Numbered from the whole stretch's first letter, positions 11,530-24,728 are shown. The stretch is 63,160 nucleotides of DNA, filler included, from Circinaria calcarea (GCA_051942165.1; 27 parts of 27 records of this genome joined end to end with filler, not necessarily neighbours in it), one strand, 5' to 3'. The notes: generated by a model from the sequence alone, not told the origin. A program made the numbers and translations.

Positions 11530-13296
11530 CTAGAATTGTCTCAGCAAAGGAAGGGAAGAGAAAATGAAAGGGAAAAAAAAGGGGTTCGGATTTTAGACGG
11601 AATTTCTCTGTTTGGGGCTTCGATTTCGGGGGGAGGGAAAGGATGGGATGGGGTTGGATGGTATGGGTTNNNNNNNNNNNNNNNNNNNNNNNNNNNNNNN
11701 NNNNNNNNNNNNNTTAATTAATTAANNNNNNNNNNNNNNNNNNNNNNNNNNNNNNNNNNNNNNNNNNNNGGGTGGGTGTGTGGCACAATCAACTTGCAAA
11801 AATTTCCCTCCAGCCGATTTCGAAGAACCCCGAAAACACCCTTTTGTGTTCTTTTCGACCAACATCTCCCCACGCACTCGAACATCGACCAACATCGACC
11901 CAACTCATTCGACCATTGAAATCATTCCCCACTTCACACACGTCTCCACCCACTGGCACTTTCTCACCCAACTCACCAAAACACACACACACAAACTCTT
12001 TCCGGGCCGCAGTTTCATCCGCGAAGCGATTAATTTCCCCATTTGACATCGAAACGAAAACTAAACCCCCAAAAAGAAGCGGTTGGACGTGGGTGTTTAC
12101 TCGTTTCCCGGAATTTCTCATGGAAACCAATTGCCAAAGGAACCGGGTTTCACACTTTTTTTTCTCTCTTTCTGTATTTTCTCTCCTTTCTGTAAACTTC
12201 AAATAATAGGGCGGTTGTGGACGGCGAGGTACTTTTGCACTCACACACACTCTCTTAATAACAAGGCCAGAGCATTCATTCTCCCCCTTCCCTCGATTTG
12301 GCTTTTTCGTTACCGAAACGAGCGGGCAATAATACATAAATAAGCCTGAAGAAAGCCAGAAAGCCAGAAAGCCAAAAAAAATGATGGGAAAGGGGAAAAA
12401 AAAAGGTCGTTCCGTTGAACTGTCAAACTGCAAGCAAAGGGGGATGGATGGCATAATACTCCGTAGATAGAATACGGGTGCGGTGTAAATTTTTCTTAGT
12501 CTCTCTTAAAATGCAAAATCCCCCCCCCCCCAAAAAAAACTAAGCTCCAATAGGATTTTTTGTTGAAAACTTTAAAAAAGTCTTTCATAACCCCAAGGTC
12601 AAGGAGCGAATAAAATAATCTTACAAAGAGTGAAGAAGCGACCCCCACGGTCAAAACACCCAAAAACGCCAACGCCAAGCCCCCCTCCCTTCCCCGAAAA
12701 ACAGCCGTCTCCAAGGAGATAAGTGCCCGAGTACCAAAACAGGTAGCATCAAGAAAAAATGCGCCCGTTGCACCAAAACGCCCAGTGCCAAGTTCCCCCA
12801 ACTCCCAAATCCCTTGAGAAGGATTTCCCAAAGAAATAAAATTTGAGAACCGTACATCCCGTATCCCATCCTCTGTTGAAATCCCATTTCCCAGTTCCGG
12901 TCTAAATCCAAAGAGCATGCTCTCGTCCCAGTTCTTGCTCCCTTCCCCGCCACTGCATTATAATACAGTGTCCCTAATCCATACACACCTATTTGCCATC
13001 GTGCGAGCGATCCGAAAGAAAGAAAAATCATGTGCTGTAAGCCGTTGTTGTCGCATAAACCTTTGGGTTGCTGCTGAAGTGCTGTTGGAAGTCCTATCCG
13101 AAGGCTTCGTTGCTGTAAAATGTCGTTGGTATCGCATGAACGCCGTCGACAACCATTTCCTCAAAATTTTATAAACCGCGACAAACCAGTCATCCGTGCA
13201 GCCAAAGAACGCCAAACGCCGATCGGTCAAGTACAAATGTCTAGTTGCTCCATCATATCCCACCTCGCCCTTTTCTCTCGTATGGTTATTTCTTCT

Positions 13297-14020
13297 CTAA
13301 CTCCTGTCCCTGCGGTTCCCTTTGCCTTTCTGTCCAGCCCTTGTAGTTTTGGGGATATCCTGCATGTGCACCTCTCTCAGGTGATCTGTAAGATGATCTT
13401 TCCTTGTGAAGCCGTGCTCCCCCACGCGCCCGCACCATCCATGCGGGCAGTCGGTTGGTTCTGGGAAATGGACCGTCTTCATATGGCGTTCGAGATCTGC
13501 CAGACGCTTGAAATTGGCCTTTGTGTCGCAGTCTGGGATCAGGCACGGGTAGATCTGTTTGGGTCTAATGGGACGCCGAATGGTTAGTGGAAGAGTAAAG
13601 ATGATTTTGAAAATGCTCCGATGTAATGCGAAGTATGGTTGGATCGAGGTGTAGCAGAGAGACTTCCTTGACCCTTGGGATTTCTACCTGGCCGGCCATC
13701 TCACTATGAGCATACAAAATTGGAGAATCCGGAGAAGCTGGATAGTATGTCGTAGTGGCGTATTCACCTCGAGGATAGTGTCCATCCTGGGATGAAGCCA
13801 AGACGTAATGGGGAGAGGAGACTTGGGAGGCAGATGGGTAGCCAGAGTTCAAGGAATCAAAGGAACTCCCACTTCTGGAAGAAAGGTTGGGAGCCATCTC
13901 ATAGCCGTTTGCACTGTAGTTACTCGGTGGGGAAGAGTGATAGGGATAGGCCGTTGGGTATTCCTCATAGTCATTTGGGTTATGCTGATAGACATCTGGG
14001 TTGCCCTGATAGTCATTTGG
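13297..14020 (-). CDS. C2H2 zinc-finger protein, 5' partial; splice boundaries uncertain
   Basis: Two fingers: CLIPDC..FKRLADLERHMKTVH and CPHGWC..FTRKDHLTDHLREVH. The upstream exon is S/P/Y-rich, and an ACTAAC branch site precedes the finger exon. Confidence 0.8.
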
Positions 14021-15169
14021 NNNNNNNNNNNNNNNNNNNNNNNNNNNNNNNNNNNNNNNNNNNNTTAATTAATTAANNNNNNNNNNNNNNNNNNNNNNNN
14101 NNNNNNNNNNNNNNNNNNNNAACGCCAGTCTAGACATTCGTGATATTCAAATCATCCTCGAACGCAATTACAACATTCGAATTCCGGGTTATGCCTTGGA
14201 TGAGCTGAGAACTGTCAAGAAAACCCAGCCGACTCAAGCTTGGACCCAAAAGATGAGCGCGGTTCAAGCAGCTAAAGTGACGGGTGGTAAGGCGGACCCG
14301 TAGGGTAGTGGCACTGGACAAGCGTTAAGAGAGGCGCTTGTTTCTAGACGTTTCTGGATGAAGGGTTCTCGAATGTATGGATTTGAGCAGTCGTTTGAAG
14401 CTAACCTACCACATGGCGATCTTCCTTTCGTACTCAATCATGGTCCTAGCTTCTCACCTCGGTTCCTGGCTTCTACTCACACCCTAATACCAGCATTCTT
14501 TATCTGGAATGTTTGTGAACCAGTGCCATGGTCAGACTCATCTGAATCAGCATCCTCGGTACGCATTTCTTCTTTGGTACCCCCGACGAAATACTTTGCG
14601 CTGAACATGGATTAATTGACACATCGAAACAGGGGAGAGAAGCTGTCGGTGGATCATTGAAGGCATCAGATACCACTGGTATTTTTGCATTTTAGCAAGG
14701 TATTCGGGCATTTCCGGGGGATAATGACGATAATAAGGCCAAACGTGGGGAACGAGAAATGGGAACATTGAGGTTCGAGATCTGAATTACCAAAAAAAAC
14801 CCATCGAAACAACCATCTCGTTTATCAAGTTCCGTGACTCCATATGTTTATATGTACACCTCGCTCCTACCCTATATATCTAATCTAATCTAATCTCCCC
14901 TCACTCCTGGTGAGGGAGGACATTGATAAACCACGGCCAGAGAAATCAGGGCTCGAAATCCATCTATTTTATCCGTAGTGAATATCGCCCCCGTCACGTA
15001 ATGGGTGCCGTGCTGTGCCGTCAAACCTCGAGATTTTTTTTTTGCACACCTTTTCAATTCCCTCCCTTCGTACAGAGTTTTCTTTCGGGATCCAAGGCCC
15101 CCCCCCCGGAGTCCGGACGGAAATCCAAAGTCTGCTTGTAACTTGTTGTCGCAAGTCCCAGTTCCCACT

Positions 15170-15425
15170 TGTAGTAGTACAGCAGTAGTTAGTAGTCAGC
15201 GGGGCTTCGACAGACGAGCGGGCGACCCGTTGTACGGTAGTGATAACGAATAGTCGTAGTAGTTCGTAGGTAGGTAGGTAGGAGAAGGAGAAGAAGGAGG
15301 AGAAGGAGGAGGAGGAGGAGGTATAGTATAGTATAGTATGGTATGGCAGTCCAACCCTATCCTATCCTATCAAATCAAATCACAAATCACTAACGACACC
15401 GGTCACCGGTCACCAGTCACCGGCT
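15170..15425. repeat. Compound microsatellite cluster
   Basis: Short runs of (GTA)n, (GTAG)n, (GGA/GAA)n, (GTATA)n, (CCTAT)n, (CAAAT)n and (CACCGGT)n. Confidence 0.85.
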
Positions 15426-15973
15426 TAGGGGGGGGGAACTTCCAGAGGAAACATACTATTGGTTGAAAACCTTTGATGTGATCTGGTTGGGGAAAAGAAA
15501 AAGAGTAATGTGGTTAAGAATGCGGGGATGGGATACTGTAGATCGATAGGTAGTTAGAAAGGGGTGGGGGGGGGGGTAGTACAGTATCTTCTATACTGCG
15601 ATGCAATGCTTCAAGTCTCCACGAGAAAAAAAAATTGGTTTCCCAGTTTCGAGGAAAAAAGGGGGATGGAATAGTGGCAGCTTGGTATGCCATGCCGGAC
15701 AGTTCTATACGCGGTGATGGCTTTTAGTCTATGGAACATTCCCCAAGCGTGAAATAAAATTAAAGATGACAATAATGCGCAAGGCTCTATGGCCATGTAC
15801 GTTGTGATGCTTCGGTCTAGAAATATATCTGCGAAATGCGAAGAAGAAATAGATAGATACCAATGCCAGACATGCCTCATGATAATACATGCTGAAATGC
15901 TTCACCCAATACAAATTCCCAAAGCCCAAAATCCTTCATAACATACCCAGAAACCGTCTTTCACCGACCAACA

Positions 15974-16369
15974 CTAATTCTCCTTCGGTGCCAACCAATC
16001 CGGTAATTCTTCTTCCACCATAACTGCGCTGTTCCTTCCCGCGCTGCTTTCTTGGCTACTGGGTCTCCCAGCACTAACAGACGCAGAGACGGTAGCGAAA
16101 TTGGCCATACGCTGGCCAAGATTGAAAGGGACCTTGAGCATGCCGCTTTCCAACTTATCCACACCCTCGGAGCCTGCCAGGTTAAAAACCTCGGTTGCTT
16201 CGCCGATGCCTTGAGCAACTGCGCCCACATCTCCTGGTTTCCCTCCAACCGTGGAACTGGTGGCAGCGGCCCGATCGGCCATTTGGATCTCCGCAGTCCA
16301 TACCCGTAGCCAATGTCGCTTGAGGCGGGACCACGTACCTAGGCCGTCAAACTGATCCTCCTCATCTAC
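15974..16369 (-). CDS. Hypothetical protein, C-terminal fragment
   Basis: Frame is open from the contig end: VDEEDQFDGLGTWSRLKRHWLRVWTAEIQ...ELPDWLAPKEN*. Confidence 0.65.
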   Translation of the reverse strand, partial: VDEEDQFDGLGTWSRLKRHWLRVWTAEIQMADRAAATSSTVGGKPGDVGAVAQGIGEATEVFNLAGSEGVDKLESGMLKVPFNLGQRMANFATVSASVSAGRPSSQESSAGRNSAVMVEEELPDWLAPKEN

Positions 16370-16494
16370 NNNNNNNNNNNNNNNNNNNNNNNNNNNNNNN
16401 NNNNNNNNNNNNNTTAATTAATTAANNNNNNNNNNNNNNNNNNNNNNNNNNNNNNNNNNNNNNNNNNNNCTGCTAACAGCTGTCGCATTTCCAG

Positions 16495-17084
16495 ATGAGA
16501 CAACTGTTGCTGAGGCAGCAGCCCATTGCAAAGACCGGTTTAAATCCTCGTACCTTCACTTGGCACTTTGTATCCCCGGTGTTCTTTTCCCCGAGAAATC
16601 TCCCACGCAGATCGACTACGCCAATGCCCTTGTCACCTTCAAGATCAACGCTCTCGGTCCTATCCTCCTGATGAAGCACTTTTCCCCCTTTCTCCCAAAG
16701 AAAGCTACTGAAATCGACTCGTCCCTCGATGGCTTGCCTTCGTCAGCGGTCTTTGCTATGATGTCTGCTCGGGTTGGATCTATCACCGATAATTCTGCCG
16801 GCGGGTGGTACTCTTATCGCTCATCCAAAGCGGCTGTGAACCAGATTGCCAAATCACTCGACATCTATCTGAAGAATAGTTCCGGAGAGAAGGCGATGGC
16901 AGTCTCTTTGCACCCGGGAACGGTGAAGACGAGTCTAAGCGAAGAATTCTGGGAGAGTACACCCAAAGGCAAACTATTCACACCCGAGTATTCCGCCGAG
17001 AGGTTGATTGAGGTGGTTAGGGGACTTGGACGAGAAGACCGGGGCAAATGCTGGGACTGGGAGGGTAAGGAGATCCCGCCCTAA
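16495..17084 (+). CDS. Short-chain dehydrogenase/reductase (CsgA/C-factor-like), last exon
   Basis: GCTAAC..CAG acceptor; INALGP, SARVGSI, YRSSK (YxxxK), LHPGTVKT, DWEGKEIP. Confidence 0.92.
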
Positions 17085-18817
17085 GCCTCGGTGTTAGTGA
17101 ATTCATTACAGAATTTTGGAGAAGCGATTGTTTCAAGAAGCTATTGTGCTATTGGACTGGAACTCTCTAAAGATTAAGCATGGTTATGGTCTTATCGTTT
17201 TCAGATGTTTTCGGCTACTGGTCAATACCGGTCACTCTATGCTATATATCTGTGTAGGGTCGCTCCGGGACCCGTTGCTGCCCATCACGGTCATGCAATG
17301 AACAAGCAGTACTTGCTCAGGCCATAATCGAAATATTTTAGTACTGATTACCACAAAGTCAAGAATCTTGCCTGTCTACAGCCTCTATTTCGTCATCTCT
17401 TATGTCTCTGGACTTGCTGTTGCAGCCCTTTTCCTAGCCGTCTAGCATAGATGATTGAGGCTACTTACGTGATTGAAGCGTCTTGATAGTAACTTGAGAT
17501 TTCCCACACCGCACATTGCGGTCAGGCTTTTGCTGGATCTTTTAAACTCCGAGTATCCCACCTTTATTAGCATCATGTACTCTTGACTAATCTTACTTTA
17601 AGAAATCAAAAAGCACTTTATCCTCCTGTTCCCAGCAACAGGAACAGATCTTGGTATGTTCGGTGAGGCGATGCAACGGCTGTGTCCGGCAAGCAGTATA
17701 TATTCACAAGTTCAGTGTCTCCAGGTACTCGACGGCCAAGGCAAGTCTATCAGCGGCAAAGTAGGGGAACCACGAGCTGTCAAAGACCCACACTGACAGG
17801 TACCCGATCTCAGATCAACCTGAGACTTGGGCCGAGCAAGACGGGAATCGAAAACATGGTGCAGACTAGAGCAACCTCGTAGCCAGCCTGCATTTCTTTC
17901 TTCCCCCGCCCTTTTAGCTCTTGGATCTATCTTGCAGGTCTACCTATGCCTCCCTGGCTGGAGTTCATTTTTGCCACATAGTATTCAGGGCCGAGTAGAG
18001 GTGAGATCGTCCCGTTGGGGTGGGGTTTGATCGAGAGAAAGCGAGCCTGACACTCAGTTTGTCTGTTTGTGCTATCCACCCGCTACTTCCAAGTGAGGCT
18101 AGGTATTATGGGTGTAGGTTCACATATCCCAACTGATACATCTGGGCGATGTGATGTTCTGCTATTTAGCCAGTCACCACAGAGCGGGAATCTCACGTCT
18201 TTTACGTCGGATTGCGGTAATGCGCCGACGTTTACCATAAAGCAATCTTAATAAGGTGAGTCACGACGTTTTGAAAATCAACAGCGTGTACTCTTTGAAC
18301 AAGGCACACATGGACACTAGCCGTCTCACCAAGCTATAGAAGGCCGATGAATCTGGCTCAGGATTAACACGCGTCTTGTAAATATGGCAACAAAAGGTGA
18401 CGAGTCAAAACTCGTGTGCAACAGGGGTGAGTGGTGGGTAGCTTATACACACAGAGTCGTACACATAAAATCACGCCCCGAGATTGTCTTCATTATCACT
18501 GTTTTCCTCTCGCTATAGGCGGTAACGCTTCGACTTCCTCCCCATTGAACCCTTTCTGCTTGGCACCACCCCTCCAATACTCATGCCTCGCTTCCCTTAA
18601 CCTCTTCAGTCTCTCCACTCTTGATTCTCCCGGCAGCGCGGGCATCGGGTCCACATCTCTCCAACTGCCCCTACTTCTCCTCCCTTGCTCGCCCCACATA
18701 CTGACCCTCTGCACTTTNNNNNNNNNNNNNNNNNNNNNNNNNNNNNNNNNNNNNNNNNNNNTTAATTAATTAANNNNNNNNNNNNNNNNNNNNNNNNNNN
18801 NNNNNNNNNNNNNNNNN

Positions 18818-19369
18818 TCTTCCCCATCATTCACCTCGGTGGCAGTTGTTTCCGCAATAGCAGGCTTCTCGTCTTTTAGTCTTCCTTCCTCGTCGACTAG
18901 GTCATCGAAGCTTCTGCCCCTTTCGGGTTTCTCCTGTCCAACCCTTCTCCGCATCTCCATCAACCTCCCCCTCTCCAATATTTCTTGGCGAGCTCTTCTG
19001 CGCCTTTCCATCGCCTCAGGGCTCCCGTCTTCCCGAGTAGATGCATCGTCATTCGAAGAGGGACGTGGAGGCTGGATCTCGTCGCCGAGGCTGTAAAGGG
19101 CTATGGCAACTTTGCGGCGGGATCTATCAACCCATTGTCGAACTTGGGGGTTTTCGTAGACAGCGAGACCAGCAGCGAAAAGAATGGAAAGGGAGATGAT
19201 AAGCCCTTTGCAAGGTACTGTTAGTGAGGCACTTCATAGACACAGAAGAAGAATCCGTAGCTAGCCAGTCTATGTAGGCTACTTAATACGAAAGTGCTCG
19301 GGGGACGCCATTGATACGATATATGGCAGGGTGATTGAGTAGCTTACCTTTGGCGATAGGTGCAGGCAT
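18818..19369 (-). CDS. Conserved-looking hypothetical fungal protein with N-terminal TM/signal; 3' partial
   Basis: Exon 19348-19369 spliced across intron 19206-19347 gives MPAPIAKGLIISLSILFAAGLAVYENPQVRQWV..., followed by an R/E-rich segment. Confidence 0.75.
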
Positions 19370-19684
19370 GATGGAATGGAAGCTCTCGAAATGTAACCGG
19401 GAGTATGTTGGAGAGTGTGAATGTTGGAAACTCCTCTGGTAAGTACCTTTCCCGGATGCTGAGGGACCGACTTGGGAGAGATGTTAGTGCATCGGCTTCG
19501 GTCCCTCGATTCGTCATCGACAGCCACGGAACTCCGCCGCAATCCGAAAGAATAACGCTAAGATAAGAGGCACGTCGCGTTAACCCTAAGCGCGATCTTG
19601 CTGCAGGTTAAGAAGAGCTTTAAGAGGTAAATCCGAAATCTCTAGGACTCTTGTCAATTTACTATTCCTTACGGGGCCAACAAC

Positions 19685-21065
19685 ATGTCACGGCCTAGTA
19701 CTTCGTCACAGCGTAATCTGACGTTGACTGAAGAATTGGAAAAATTGGAGCAATCCATAACTCTAACCCTTCAAGGTCCCTTTCCCGCTAATACGTATTG
19801 CTGCGTCCGTGTTGTTCCTCCGCTAACCCTTGACGCAGAGATCGATCACAACTTCAGTCGCGCTCATCGTATCGTTACTACCAGCATACTTCCAATTGTC
19901 GAGCAGTATGCCGAACACTCGAAGAATGTTTGGGAGGGGTCAAAAGTACGAATGGGTTCTTTCTGCAATCGATCGCGTCTGATTTCAGTTTGTACAGTTC
20001 TGGAAACAATTCTTCGAAGCTTCTGCCAATGTTTCCCTCTCCGGATACGAAGAGACACCAGCCGAAGACGAGACGGTAACAGAAGACACTACGAGCCAAA
20101 CCACGCCATCTCCAGCGTCCTACACTTCCCCAGCTCAGCAAAACGACTCCATACTTACTCCTGCATCTACCCAACAACATCAACGTCAGGATACACATGA
20201 CTCTTCGTCCCCTTTCTCTTCTCCAACCCACAGTACCCCCAGGGGTCCCCGCAGCAAAGCAGCCCCACCAAGTATAGCAACCTACTCTTCTCCTTACGAA
20301 ACCCTACGTCGTGAAGTCCAAGGTAGCTCTGAAGAGCCCTCGTCGTCAACAATGCCCAGTACTCCTCGTGCGCAGATCCTATCAGAGTCAACGCCAGACT
20401 CGTCACCCTTCCTACCACCATCCACGGCCCAACATCGAACTCCGGCGAATGACATTCTACTACATCGGGTACTGGACAAAAACTATAGACTACAGGCCAC
20501 ACCTCATACACAAACGAGACTACCAAAGCCCCCGAATCGTAACGCGCAAACGCCCGTTACAAGCAGAGCAGGAAATGCAAGGTTCACGGGCAATGATGAT
20601 TTAGATTCCTCGCCACCGATGCCAGCGCCAGAGTTGCGAGCTGAGATGTTTGGCCCATCGGCGCAGAGTAGAAGGATACCTGGCGTAAGCGTAATGACGC
20701 CGGCTAAGAAGAGTGCCAGGAAAGGGAAAGGGGACGACCTAGACAATAGAGCGATGCCAAGCAAAACAGGCATTTGGGATAGTGACAGTGATGACGACGA
20801 AGGACTGCCGGAGGGGATGAGTCCACCAAAGACTATGCAATTCCACATCCCTCAGAGTAAACTGTTGAAAACGCCTGGTAAGTGCATTCATTTGAGCCTT
20901 TGCAGTCTCCTTTTCCCAAGGGACCGCGGACTAAGTATAAGACATAGCACGCGAAGCTAGTAAACGTATTGTTGAAGATCTACTCCTTACAGCCGGAGGC
21001 AATGTAACGGAAGACTCAGATGAAGATAGTCCAAGCGTTGTTAAAAGGGGCGGGTTGTTAGAGGA
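19685..21065 (+). CDS. ASK1: DASH/Dam1 complex subunit Ask1, 3' partial
   Basis: ELEKLEQSITLTLQEIDHNFSRAHRIVT..FWKQFFEASANVSL and GMSPPKTMQF. Introns 19776-19838, 19946-19997 and 20878-20947. Confidence 0.95.
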
Positions 21066-21837
21066 NNNNNNNNNNNNNNNNNNNNNNNNNNNNNNNNNNN
21101 NNNNNNNNNTTAATTAATTAANNNNNNNNNNNNNNNNNNNNNNNNNNNNNNNNNNNNNNNNNNNNCGGTCTCGCTCCCAGTGGTCCGAGGCGGTAGAGTT
21201 GTAGCTCGCAGGATACATTTCCGGCGACATATTGTTGATTCGCCCTTTGGGGACTATTCGATAGAGCACAGTGCAGAAGATACCCGGCACTACGAAGCAG
21301 GTCATCGTTTGTGCCCACTTTGACAGCATGTTTTTCTGTCAAACGTGATTAAAGTCCGAACGTGTGAGCTCATCCACTCTTAGGCATGTATTCTCCTGAT
21401 AATAATTACAGTGGGAAGCTCCGCTAAAGTGGACATGTCCAAGGTCTCGATGAAACAGCATGCAGCAAGTTTACCTTCTACCACCTATAATCGGGAGTAT
21501 GACAATCGTGGATTTATTAGGTGGATGAAGCTAGCGTTCCCAGAGAGTTCCGAAAAAACATAGCCTGCATTTCTCCAACTGCCTAGAACAGTATTGTCTA
21601 ACACATTTTTGCAACAATCTGCTCGGTCTGTTAGATTATACAGGGAGCCAAAGGTTCTGGGGATCCGCACGTGACAAGGAGATGCGTAGCAGCCTGTATC
21701 AAGAAGAAAAGCCGCGTTGGAGGTCGGCGCAAATGCACGCTCCTTGCAAGTGCTGCGGCTTCGTTCAGGCACAACTAGCCTTGTAGAATTTATCAAAGTG
21801 TTTTCGGGGTATCTCGCAAAAGATGTAAAACAGATCA

Positions 21838-22313
21838 TCAACTCGAGCCATTGCCCTGCGGCTTTTTTACTTCGAAAGGGTCTCCAAATTCACCTATTTA
21901 CCTGCCATCAGTACTATGCACTAGTATATGCTTGGTCCTTGAATGCTGCACATACGTAGGGTAAACCCCTTGTCCAGGACCTGCTCCATTGACCTATGAT
22001 AATCCTCCCTTGCTTTTGCGTTCTTCCAAGCGTAACCAGGCTCTTTTTCCGCGTCTTTGTCAAGCGCGACAGATCCTCCTATACCTACTGAGTCACCTCC
22101 CTCATTGCTGTCTTCAATCTCTTGCACCTCCGCCACATCCATCATATCATCGGGAGGGAAAGCACCGTTTTGTCCTGGGGGATCTTGAGAGCTTGGTGGT
22201 GACAACTCAGCTTGGCGGAGCTGTGCGAGGATATCATTATTTTGTGGCGTGGGAGGGTCATCAGCTGCAGGAAACAAGGCGTCCGAGCCGTTTTCTGATG
22301 GTGAAGAGATCAT
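21838..22313 (-). CDS. Conserved-looking hypothetical fungal protein
   Basis: ELSPPSSQ...EPGYAWKNAKAREDY; intron 21894-21955 restores FTLREFGDPF. Confidence 0.75.
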
Positions 22314-22728
22314 CCGGGAGTCACCGTCTGGGTCAGAGTTCGCTAGAAGACTCGTTTCTATGTCGTGTATTAAAATCATTGACTCCCTGTGGAGAGCGGA
22401 GACAGAACAGCTTACCTGGCATATCGGGAACTTCGGAAAGAAATCAACGGGGTAACAAACTCTCGGAGATCTAAAGTGTCAATGGCATGTCTATTTAATG
22501 TTTCTGTTCAAGTGCCCCATTATGTCAATGCAGCCCACCGGAGGACGCCCGCTCCGCCTCCGATCTGCAGCACGTGCATTCGTGTTCTCATACTAAGTAG
22601 AACATCATACAATTAATTTTCCAGCAAGTCAAACAATATCACCTGTTCGACAAACTTTCGACACTTCTCCTATCTTCGTCGTGCCTCCTCTAGAGATATT
22701 GTGAAGCTGGCAGAGTCTATTGTGTGTT

Positions 22729-23413
22729 ATGAGCAAGAAAGGAGGGGTCCCTAACGCATGGGACGATGATGATTGGGTATCGAAAGCGGACGTAAGTGCA
22801 AGTACCGCAATTATTAGTGGTTTTATTGAGTCGAAGGACAGACGCCTACTACAGCTCCAGAGGCTTCCCAAACCGAAGGGAAAATATCTAAGAAGGAGAG
22901 GCGGGCTAGACAAGCCGAGCTGAATAGGAAACTTTGGGAAGAAGCGTAAGAAGCTTGGCGAACTTGAGGCCACGATCACCCTAATTTTCCCCCCAGGGAG
23001 ACTCCTAAGGAATCGTACTTCTTTGAGACACGCAATGAGGTGCCCCTAAAGTCAGAATTCAAGCCTGCAGTGAAAGTCCTCAGCCGCAAGCCCGCCCCCA
23101 CCGTTGCAGTCCGGACGGATCCCTCCAATGGACTGGAGAAGCTTACGCTGGATGATGAGGATGACGAAGATGAAGAAGACTTGATAAAGAAACCTTTAAC
23201 AATGGAGGAAAGGCAGCTAAAGGCTCAAAAAGAAAGGGAGGAGAAGCAAAAGAAATACGAAGAAGTCCGTCAACGATTATTCGGTAATGCAGATGTAGCA
23301 AGCGCACCCACTTCTCCCGGGAATGTGACTCCTCCTGTCCGGTCAGGAGGGGACTCTAGGAGCCGGGGAAAAAGCAAGGGCAGCAGAGATAGCCGTCTTC
23401 CTTTGTCCGCAGA
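22729..23413 (+). CDS. SUZ-domain protein, 3' partial
   Basis: VPNAWDDDDW, VKVLSRKP and LTMEERQ...YEEVRQRLFG. Introns 22792-22841 and 22946-22996. Confidence 0.8.
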
Positions 23414-23981
23414 NNNNNNNNNNNNNNNNNNNNNNNNNNNNNNNNNNNNNNNNNNNNTTAATTAATTAANNNNNNNNNNNNNNNNNNNNNNNNNNNNNNN
23501 NNNNNNNNNNNNNTCCAAAAGCAATGTCCTTCAATGCCTCGGTAGTCTGGCTACTCTTCAAGAGAAGGCTGGGGTTAGTAGGGGTTTCAGGGATTGCTTT
23601 TGGCAATATGATCTGCCGTTCTGCAGATTCAGTCATTGACGTTTTCAACGAACAGTTAAGAACCTCCGAGACGAAGTAGAGAGAAGGCCCTCTTCTCCGG
23701 TGGAAGAGCGGCCCAGATACCCAATATTATCGAGCCGACATTGCGGCAGAAATGTGGGGATGAGCAATTATACCGAACAGCGGGGCCTTGACCGCTACCT
23801 GTAGCTAAAGACGCCTTAAGCACAGGATCCCCGACTCAGGATTGAGTGTTACGGCTGTTCCATTGGTTCCAGACTCCTACTACGAGGTTTGTGGTATGTC
23901 GAACAATGCCAGGTGGACAGACAAAGTCCATTACTGTGTGGCTGTCAATGTGGGCAAAAACCGGAAAACGGCGAGCTAAGA

Positions 23982-24014
23982 AGATAAGATAAGATAAGAT
24001 GTCTGAGATAAGAT
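23982..24014 (+). promoter_or_regulatory. Tandem GATAAG elements upstream of CGR1
   Basis: AGATAAGATAAGATAAGAT plus a fourth GATAAG, 130-160 bp before the ATG. Confidence 0.45.
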
Positions 24015-24143
24015 CATGCGGAGATCGAATCTTTGAAGCTTTTATTATATCGTCGACCTAGACAAGTATTGCAGGTGTCGGTATTCAGTCGTGCATATCA
24101 TCAGCTTGAACGGAAGTTCTCAGCTTGCTCGGGTTTTTCGACA

Positions 24144-24728
24144 ATGGCTAAAGAAACTATTGTCAACTCCATTGCGACAACCGTATCATCAGGTGGTCCT
24201 AAAACCTGTCTCGGGCTCCGCAAGAACGGTGCGCATTCCCATTTCCAGTTCAAGTTTTAGCAAACCTCTACGTCACCATTTCTTTCCTCCTATTTCTAGA
24301 ATTACAGCTAAAAGTCTTCCAGGTAAACAATGGCATCCCTCCAAGACCGCTTTCCGCCTTACCGCGGGTCAAACCTCGTACGCCAAACGCACCGCCTCAC
24401 GTCAAGCCCTCACAGCGATTAAAGCTAAGGAGAAAGAGATGAGAGATGAGAAGGAGGAGGATCGGCAGGTATGTGCTCTTTTTTTCGACATATCTTTGTG
24501 AACTCATAACACCAAGGCAATCATTCTTCGAGATATCAAGATTTTCGAGCAACCAAGCCGGGCTAATGTGGTTCGGGGATATCTTAGCGACGCATTCAGG
24601 CCATCAAAGACAGGCGGGCAGCGAAAGAAGAAAAAGAGAGGTTTGAGAAAATGGCGGAGAAGATGCACCGTAAGAGAGTGGAGAGGGTAAAGAGGAGAGA
24701 AAAGAGAAATAAGCTATTGAAGTCTTGA
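24144..24728 (+). CDS. CGR1: rRNA-processing protein Cgr1
   Basis: Three exons encoding GLRKNGKQWH...[20 protein letters not shown]...[25 protein letters not shown]. Confidence 0.93.

Noticed and set aside
19581..19589. TAACCCTAA as telomere remnant or TER template
   Set aside because: Single copy inside a 315-bp divergent promoter with no room for a long RNA; at most a telobox-type site.
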